Assembly (NCBI GenBank): GCA_951406725.2
Contig: OX597816.1
Location: 117,552,001 to 117,616,000 of the forward strand
Source: Octopus vulgaris
Lineage: Eukaryota
DNA length: 64,000 nucleotides
Direction: 5' to 3'
The notes under the pieces are model-generated. The model saw only the letters and a list, made by a program, of their open reading frames with translations. It was not told where the DNA came from and did not search any database. This document shows positions 54,777 to 64,000 of this stretch, in pieces. The position numbers and the translations under genes were made by a program. The first letter of the stretch is position 1; every line of letters starts with the position of its first letter.

Positions 54777-55817
54777 ATCTCTTTATCTGTCTGTGTGTCT
54801 GTCTCTCTGTGTATGTATGTATGTATGTATGTATGTATCTATCTATCTATTAAATAGCATAATTTATGATGCTGTAAATTTCATGTGACTGTGTCATACG
54901 CCATGTTTGCTGCTGCTGCCGCTGCTACTGCTGATACCATATCTTCTTAGGCTTCTGCTTTTGTTGGTCTCTCGACCGTTTTGTTCTTTATAAAACACAT
55001 TTCATGTATGTTAATTATAAATGTTTCTAGTTTGTCCTCTGAATCCTTACTTTTAATCTCTATTGCTCTTATGTTTATGTGTCTCGGTCCTACAATAGGT
55101 TGAACATGCTGCATGAAATGTCAATGCTGTTTTTCTTACTCAGTATGTATGTATGTATGTATGTATGTATGTATGTATGTATGTATGTATGTATGTATGT
55201 ATGTATGTATGTATGTATGTATGTGTGTTTGCTCATGTGCGTGGATTATATTGTATACTACGTGTGTGTTTTGTATGGATCGTGTACCAAAGGGAATGAA
55301 ATATGTTTGTAGTTACGTATAGATTGTTATATTGCTTAGTGTTGTATGCTTTAAGGTTAGTAATATACACACTATATGTGATGAATGCCGTGTCAGATTC
55401 CTTGCTTGTTATTCCAATAGATTAACACACATTGAGGCATGCACTGTAGGGATGAGGATCAACTCCATTGAAGAGAGATGGAGGAGGAAGAGACAGAGTG
55501 AGACAGAGAGTGAGTGAGTGAGCTAGTTTTATTTGTAACTCTGCCATCACACTGACACCCCTGTAGTCACATCTATTTTCATTCTGTGCATTCCTAGCGA
55601 ATACTAACCTTTTCACCGACCAATTCATTGTCGTGGTTGTCAATCTCCTCCTGCTGATCCGCCTCTTGTACATACTTACGAACAATCATACCAAACAAAA
55701 TATTGATGATAGCTAAATTAGTGCAAATATATCCAATGCAGAAAGTATCAGAAAATGAACTGGAAATAATTACGCTCTGTGTGTGCATACATGTGATATT
55801 TAGTTAGATAGATAGAT

Positions 55818-55856
<39 letters not shown>

Positions 55857-57721
55857 ATAGAGAGGGGGGGAGACAGAGAGGAAGAAGGAAAGAGAGAAGA
55901 GAAACAGTATTAGGCAAGGACTAATATTATTTTAATTATTCCTGACTCAAATTTTAACTCGTTTATTGTAACTAATTCACAACCCGGAGCCAATTCCGGA
56001 TAATGATTCAGTTTCATTCTGACTTCATCTCCGAAGTATAGACCAGTGTTACTCAAAAGGTGGGTAGGTCCGTGAAGATTGAAAAAGGGCAGACAAATGA
56101 CTATATTTAATAGAATTAAGATGGTTTCCAACCTTTTAACCGTATCTAACTCCCTGGTGAAGGAAAAACAATTACATAGATGAAGATTCTATTTTTTCAT
56201 TCAATTAAGAAAGAAGGGAAAAGGTGTAAACAATTTCACCAATAGTCTTGTGGTTGGTGTACCTGATATTTGCCAGTTTGACAATCATCAGTAGAGCTTC
56301 ACCGTACTTGCAGAAATATTAATAATAAAAAAAAAACTCTCGAAGCGTATGTTGAAGATTATATACACTGGGTGGGATAGAAGAATAGGTTTAGCGAAGG
56401 AATTATCCCGAGACCATATTGATTTTATATTAACTTGCTTGTCTTATAAATTTTATTTTTCATACAATGGGTCTCCTGATCTTTTTAAAAAGAAATTATT
56501 AAAAGATTATGATATTTTCAATCATTTTATAAATATAAAACGGTTGCAAAAAAGTCAACGACAAAGCAACAAGAATTAGATGTGTAAATGTAACAGCTGT
56601 ATAAAAGATGACAGAAAATATATGAACAAGGGAGTAAAGGAGCCTATACATTGTTACACAACCAACTAGAAATAGCAGAAATATCAGCCATATCCCTTCA
56701 TGTCTTCGTGGAAATATAGAAAGGATACAATGTGTAGTGTAGCCATAGATTAAAAAAAAATAGAACGGTCATGTCTGGGACACATTTGATCAAAGGTTCA
56801 ATTAAGGTGACTTGGGTATACCCCACCCCAACAACAACAACATCGAAAAATGCAAGCTTATAAAGAAGTTATTTCGTAGTTGCCATCGGTTAGCAATTTG
56901 TTGGCCTTGATTAATAGTTTATCGTGAAATTTTGTAGTTGAACCTTAGATCAGCCTTGATCAAGCAAACCAATGATCAATGGTGTTCGCAACCATGATCA
57001 AGCCATTATTTTTTCCCAGTGTATTTAGGACTATATTATCTTACGCGTTCTCTCCCGTCTTTTCATCATTTGCTTACCAATGTTAAATATTCTTAACGCT
57101 TCAATTCTTCGCCATCACGGAAAGAAAGCAACTGGTTTCTTCAGTATATTATTATCTAAAGTGCCTACTTCGGCGTTTCTAAAGAATGGAGCCAGAATTT
57201 ATCTAGTGCGCTAAAAGCCATAATTTCTACGAATGTGTTTAAGTATCGCTGATAGCGGAAATGCTAAAAAAACAACAAAAAAAAACCAAAACAAACGTGT
57301 TGGTGAGTGAGGGTGGAGTTGTCCATACCTCATTTCCGTGATATTTCTGTTTTGGCTTTACCAAAAAAAAGTTTTTTAGACTTGCTTCGCATACTTGTAA
57401 AGAATCATAACCTCAGATCTTTAAAACAAATCTGTAAACTTTTTCAAAGCGAGTTAATAAAACAAAAAAAAAAAAAAACAGTAACACGGAAAGAATGTGC
57501 GTCTCGCAAAAATAAAAGACCAAAAAAGAAAATTTTTATTTTCGTTTTGCAGATTTATTGTCTATGATGCTTAAAACACATTTCTAGGAAATTACAGTTT
57601 TTGGCACAGTAGATATTTTCCGACTTTATTATTTAGGAACAGCTATTGCTAGTTTTCTGTTACTTTCCTTCGGGTACTTTTTTTCACAAAATACAATCTT
57701 GTTGGCAATAGCCGAACTTAG

Positions 57722-57816
<95 letters not shown>

Positions 57817-59958
57817 TATAAAGAAAGAGAGAACGAAGAAAGCTGTATGTCACTAGTACTTTATTTGTCACTAGTACTCTATTTACTGATCTTGAAAGGA
57901 TAAAAGGCAAAATTGACTTTACTGGGATTTCAACTCAGAGCGTAGAGAACTGGAAAATCTATGGCATGGCATTTTCTATCTAACAGACTCTGCTAATTCG
58001 CTATATTTCTCCAGGTAAGAGGGGGGAATTTCAATTAATTCAAGTAATGAAGTTCTGTTGTTGTTGTTGTTGTACAGCATTCAGAATATCAGACCTCAAG
58101 TTATTTATCTAACTTAATATCATTGGTTCCTTTGAGTTATTTCCCATAGCTCATTTTTTCTAATTAAATAAATTCGAAAGCTTCGACGAACTCTAAGGTT
58201 TCTTCCCGTAGGGACACAATTGTAAAACACAAGCAATTCACAAACGTCGTTGCAACCCTTTTTCAATAATGCTTTAGGACTTGCCAGTAAATATTTTTTG
58301 CATATTGATGATTTAAACGTTATAATGAAAAGAGTGTTAGGTATGGTTAACATAAAATTTAGCTGCTGATCAAAAGATGATGTAAGAAGCTCTCATTGTG
58401 TAGATCAAAAACATTCAAATTTTGACTTTTTTTTTCTAGCGAAATTTGTGATTTTGGATAGGTTCGTATGCGGTGGGAATTTAGTTACGCAGACCAGTAT
58501 CAGTGCCCTCGGGTTGTTTTAAAATTTCTTTTAGGTATAGTTTATCCGGGACTATCTTATCCTATAATCCCACTCTTAAGACAGTAGGGTCTTATTTTGA
58601 GAGTTTTTCGGTCGCTGTTTCTAGCAGGTTGTGTGACCGCATACAGAGTCCCCTTTGTTTCACATAGGGGTAATTGTTTTTTGTACATATGTATATGCGT
58701 CTCTATATGATATTACTAGTAAAAGTGTGTATAGATATGAGTGTGTGTTTGTGCGTATATGAATTTGCATGTTCTATTCAACTTAATCGTTAGAAGTTAT
58801 GTTTGTTATTAAAGGAGTTTATTGTTAACAGCTTGAGCTTATTAGGTCCTTGTTAACTGTTTGCTGGTAATCTCCAGTAATGGTTTGTTATTAACAACAT
58901 GTTTAACTGCATGTTGAATTCTTGTATATTGTTATACATTGTTGTTGTTGTTCTCGTGCCTCAGATCAGCTCTCATCAAGTAGATCTCTGATCAAAGATG
59001 TTTTCAGCCTTGACCCTCCATTTTTTCCCAAGTACAATGTCCCCGGGACTTTATTAACTCTGCTTGTCCTATTTTTAAGATCGTAGGCTATGCACTGAGG
59101 TTTTGGCTATTTTTTTAAAAGTCGAACGATTATATATAAGGCTCATTGAATCAAATTGATACTCGTCGTTAATTTTTGCTAATACCTTGTTGGAAATAGT
59201 TTCTTAATTTTTATTAACAGTTCATAATATTTTAGACACCGATAATACAAGTACTACTGGTAGTCAATAAAGTAAGTTTCAGTCAAGTACATGTTCGATC
59301 TGATTCATTACACCCTCCATCCACCCACATACACCATATCTTAAATTTCTGGGTTACTTTAAAAACAATATTTTATGCAGCTTTTTTTTTGCTAGTAATT
59401 CTATGGTACTAGTATCTTATTAATAGCCAACTGTTTAACTGAAGCTATAAGATGTTTCACTGTTTATAGTTCGGGCTATCATTGATATGATTAAAATTTC
59501 AAGTGGACACGATTTCTTTGACTTTAACAAAATGTATATCACGATATACTTCTCACCAAGAGCTGATCTCGGCTCTTTAACAACCACGTGGCGAACACTA
59601 CAAGATTTAGAGACTAACTTTTGGCGTTCTTACTCTGTAATTCGGCGTTGATTCCAAATTGTTGCTATTTAATTATATTCCATCAATTAAACCTCTGAAG
59701 AGAAAAACGCCCCACAAATATCCCAATATTCTACTTTTATGTTTCGCATAATTCTTGAGCCTAATCGAAAAGGAATTAATAGTTTTATTGTCCCTACGTT
59801 CCTAGTAAGCCAAGTCCACAGGACATTGTGAAAAGGACAATTAATAGGTAGTTTATTTTCTCATTGAAATATGAAAATTTTTTAATGAATCTTATTTTAT
59901 ATTATGTAATAATCTTTCTTTGATAAAATGTTCTAAATAGTTTTTTCATGTCTTTCAG

Positions 59959-62900
59959 ATATTCACCTCTATGGTCTGTACAAGATGACATCAGTGGTAA
60001 AAAGACATTTGTTCGTTGGCGATTCGCCACTCACAAATGAGTGAAAACACCAACTCAGCTCACATACCCGCTTCACATCGCTTATCACCATCTTGCTTAT
60101 CACCACCTTCATCTTTGGATAATCCAGTCCACACTACCTCTGACCCGCACTCATCTTTATGCAGCATTGCTCACACATCATCAGAAACTGCACTCACTAT
60201 GGGCAATCAACTTAGCGGAGATGGAAGTTTGAAAAGGAAAAGCAAGAAGAAAAATAAAAACAAAAACGACGACAAAAGCAAAAGTGAAACCACTTCAGTA
60301 CTAGATGAAACTGCTGTCGGTGCGTTTGGTGGATCATCTGTCGATGATACCAGTCCCCCCAATAAACGACCGGCCCAGACCAAGTCTCCTCGGCCTGTAA
60401 GGTCGACTTATGATAATGTTAATCAACATGGCTCCAATTCGAACTTATGCTCAAATTCAGGTCTTTACACTAGTGACCTCTATTTGGACACGGTTAGTCG
60501 GCTGGATGTCAGCATGACTACCAGTCAAATGGAAACAACTCCGAGAAATGAAAGATCTTATCGGTTTGATACTCAGTTAGCTGATGATGTATCGTTTAGT
60601 GAAATATCCTTTAATGAATCGGGTTTCATTACACCAGCTTTGAGTACACCTCAAGTGAGACGTAACGAATTACAACAAATAACTACCACGACAGACAGCG
60701 TCAGCGAATTGGGGAAGGAAATAGAAAGGACTATTTTCGAAAGATTATCAGCTGACGGGAAGTCGGATGGTAGCAAAGTAAAATCCGCAGAAACTCCTCC
60801 TCTTCCTAGTAAGCAGGATGTTGAAGAAAATGTTGGTCATGGTGTTGATGAAAAATCAAAACGACTGGAATACATAAATGAAGGAAAGGCACAAACCGAA
60901 GAAAAATGTGCTGTCAGTCAAACTGACATGAAAGCGCCCGAAGAAAACAGTACTGGTCTGTCGACTTGTCAAGAACTTACAACCCCTACTCCTAGTGAAG
61001 AAGAGATTTGGTCAAATGAAAACAGTAAAGACAAGGAGAAATCTTCTGAAATGATCAACAAAGCCGACTGGGAATTGATGGAGAAAGAAAGTAAAATATC
61101 AGTTACCGACAATACAACCACCGACACCGAAGAACTGATTGAAGTATCCCAGAGAGAAGCTCCTGAGAAAGCAGAACATTCAAAAAAGGAGCCGAATCAG
61201 AATTATTCAAGCTCTGATGAAACTCGTCAGAACGATTTCGAGCAGGTGAAATTACACATTAATGAAGACGTTATGGTCTCACTCAAAGACAGCGATCATG
61301 ATGCGCCTGAAAGAGAGGGTGTTAAAACAGAGCAAAATGGGACTGTCGATAAAAATGTTTGCCCAGAGACTCCAGAACAAGAGCAAAAGCTAATACCGCC
61401 TCCCGATGTTGCTGCAAATCAGAAAGTGGATGCAATTTTGATGGAGGAACCAGTGCCAAAAAGCGCTGACGATGAAATTAAACAGGTTAAACAGTCAGAA
61501 AATCAATGTTTAAATGAGAAAGTAGTCGAAACAAAGACGATTACCGATGACAAAGCTCAATTAACTGAAAACTGTGAAGAAAGTATTCTTTCAAATAAAA
61601 CCGAATACGTATGTGAAGCTGAGAAATGTTCTTTGAAGAATATCCAAGAAACCGCTGCTGCTGTAATCGCAACGAAACCTTCGATCCCTGACGAAATCTC
61701 CGAAGCTGTCCCAGTTATAAAAAACACATCAGTTAAAGAACTGGAACCTGTTTGCGAAAAAATCATAGAGTCTTCAAGTGCTTCTCTTGCAGAACGATCA
61801 AAGATTCTAGTTCGTCATCCTGTTTTAAGTAATGACCAAGAAAAGGAAACCGAACAAATCAAGACCAGTTACGATGAGAGCTCGAAAAAGTATATTCATG
61901 AACCAGACGTAGAAGCAAACAGTATCAAAAATGAATCCGATGAACATTCTAAAGACCCGGCTACACAAGAAATAGAAGAAATTCCTCAGGGAGCTATTTT
62001 GGAAACCGAAAGTAGTTTAGAATGTTCCGTCACTCAAACAACTGATACAACTGATGATAAAAAAGAAACCTCAGAAAACGAACAAAATATTTCGAAAACC
62101 AAAACGAAAAAAGGACGCAAAAGAAAAAGAAAGAAAAAATCGAGTTTAGGAAACGAAAGTTCGGCAAATGCTTCTGCGAGTGAGAGCCAAAGTGTTAGCG
62201 AAGTGACAGAAATAGAGGATAACTGTGATCTAGCTATCTCCAGATCCAGAGGCAGTGATCTCACAAAAGAGGATGAAGAGAACGGTAATGATATAAAATC
62301 TGTTGCTAGCACCCCTGATAGTGACAGCCCCGTATTTCTGCACCAATCCTCTGTCATAGAAAATCCTAATTATTTAAAGGACGAAAGCTCAACATCAGAT
62401 AAGTCAAACACTGTATCTAGTAGTGAAATTCAGAAAAAAGAACAAGCAGATCAGGACATCGATTCAAAACCACATCCTTTTGTAGACGTAAGTTGTTCAG
62501 TTGGAGCATTGCATTCAGCCACTGATATTGTGAGTGATGAATCTACTCCCACGAATGAACGTCAGAATGAAATAAGAGCTTTCTATATTCCAAATAAAGA
62601 ACAGAAAATTAAGTCAGATTCTTCACATGGAGAAGGAACCAAAGACGACAATAAACGTTTTAATGACCAAGTAGAAAACGTTCATACTGCCAACGAAAGG
62701 ACAGAAAAGGAAGATCAAGAACTTGAAGATGGAAGTAAAAATATTAATCAACAGAATGTTCAGTGTGAAGATGAAAATGAAACACATCAATGTGAAGATG
62801 AAAACGAAAACGTGTTCGATAAAGATGAAGATGCTACTGTTGCTATTCCACATTGTCGAAATGGGACCAAAAACATTGTTGAAGAAACTGTTAACCCAAG

Positions 62901-63891
62901 ACTATCAACTGCCTCTGAAGAACTCAACGAAATTATGGAAAATTCAAATAAAATTGAAAAGAGAAGTGATCAAAATCGGCCACATAGTTACCCTAAAGAA
63001 GGTGAAGATCTGCGGGACAGAAATGAAAACCACCCAGCGAATTCTCAGGTAAGTTTAGAATCAAATAACTCCAGTAAAAAGAATTCCAAATCTGGTCATA
63101 AGTCTCTAACTGACATCGACCACAACTTACCGGAAACATTACCTGAACTTGCAGATCTAAAGAACTTTCTCGATTACATCAAACTAGGGGAAGATCAAAA
63201 ATTATCAGAATCACATTTTCCTTATAAGTGTGAAACTAATCGCTCATCTCCATCAGAAAACGCGAGTAGTCGGCGTCTTTCACGTATTTCGCCAGCAGTG
63301 ACCGATAGATCCGTGACCGAATCCGATATTGATATTTCAGAACAACGCGATGATATCAGTACAGACAGCAACATATTCGCCGATGATGAAGATGAATCAG
63401 CCTCTGAATTACTTTTCACTAAAACTTACACAGAACCAGACAAAGGGGGAGAAGTGCTGGTCAGTTGTACAGTTGTTAATACAGCTGCTGATGATGACAG
63501 TGATGACTTTTGGGCAGAGCATTCGGCGAGTGAAGAAGTTTACAGACAAATACAAAGTTCTACCAAGGTCGTAACTACAGTTTTTGACAATGCTCGCCTA
63601 CAAATGCAGGACATTCATACACATTTACAAAATCTCCGTTTACAAATGGAGAACCTTCAAGAATCATTGGACAATGCCTCTATTTTTAGCCATGAGTACT
63701 ACCCTGTCGACGATACTCCCGAGTCGTCCCAAGATTTCTATCCTTTAGACAAAGGATTCATTGTTTCACAAGAATATTTCCCGAAGCACATTGCATCGGT
63801 GACAACCGAAGAATATTCTCCTGTGGAGATAGGGCCCGTATTAACTGAAGAATATTATTCATCACATTTTGGTAAACCACCATTTTTGTAA
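59959..63891 (+). CDS. Giant exon of a host gene encoding a large acidic, low-complexity protein (~1230-1285 aa in this exon) with a C-terminal coiled-coil
   Basis: Uninterrupted frame 60001-63891. Polypyrimidine tract plus AG acceptor (ttttttcatgtctttcag) ends at 59958. An in-frame TAA at 59998-60000 means the start lies inside this exon: ATG 60037 (MSENT) or ATG 60199 (MGNQLSGDGSLKRKSKKKNKNK). E/S/K/D/N/T-rich; heptad-like QMQDIHTHLQNLRLQMENLQESL. Possible donor TTTG|GTAAAC after 63871, so the stop at 63891 may be intronic. Confidence 0.85.
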
Positions 63892-64000
63892 TATATATGT
63901 ATGTACACACATATATGTAATATATATGTATGTATGTATACACATACATGCAAACATGCACACACGCATCGTTTTGAAAGAGGTATCGAAGCTTTCATGC

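Noticed and set aside
60016-60036. TTG start given by the ORF track
   Set aside because: Prokaryotic-style start call; ATG 60037 or 60199 is more plausible in a eukaryote.
61557-63574. Overlapping alternative-frame and antisense ORFs within the giant exon
   Set aside because: Shadow ORFs of the main frame's codon bias.

Overview
Eukaryotic, AT-rich, microsatellite-saturated genomic DNA. The SINE families suggest a coleoid cephalopod, probably Octopus (from memory, not verified). About 60 kb is intronic or intergenic and is filled with tRNA-derived SINEs, RTE-type LINE fragments, Tc1/mariner, hAT and other TIR elements, and Penelope-like retroelement (PLE) remnants. The only convincing host coding sequence is a ~3.9-kb exon (59959-63871/63891) encoding a large acidic, disordered protein with a possible myristoylation/polybasic N-terminus. 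The most notable signal is a recurring architecture across several unrelated sequence families: long, asymmetric inverted repeats inserted in (TA)n microsatellites whose arms carry type I hammerhead ribozyme (HHR) motifs with palindromic stem III. One family (40.6-43.4 kb) has four canonical HHR cores and is physically linked to a GIY-YIG endonuclease ORF, which identifies it as a PLE. A decayed RT+GIY-YIG PLE lies at 23.6-25.8 kb. Nearly all short ORFs in the supplied track are microsatellite translation artefacts. All alignments were made by eye.
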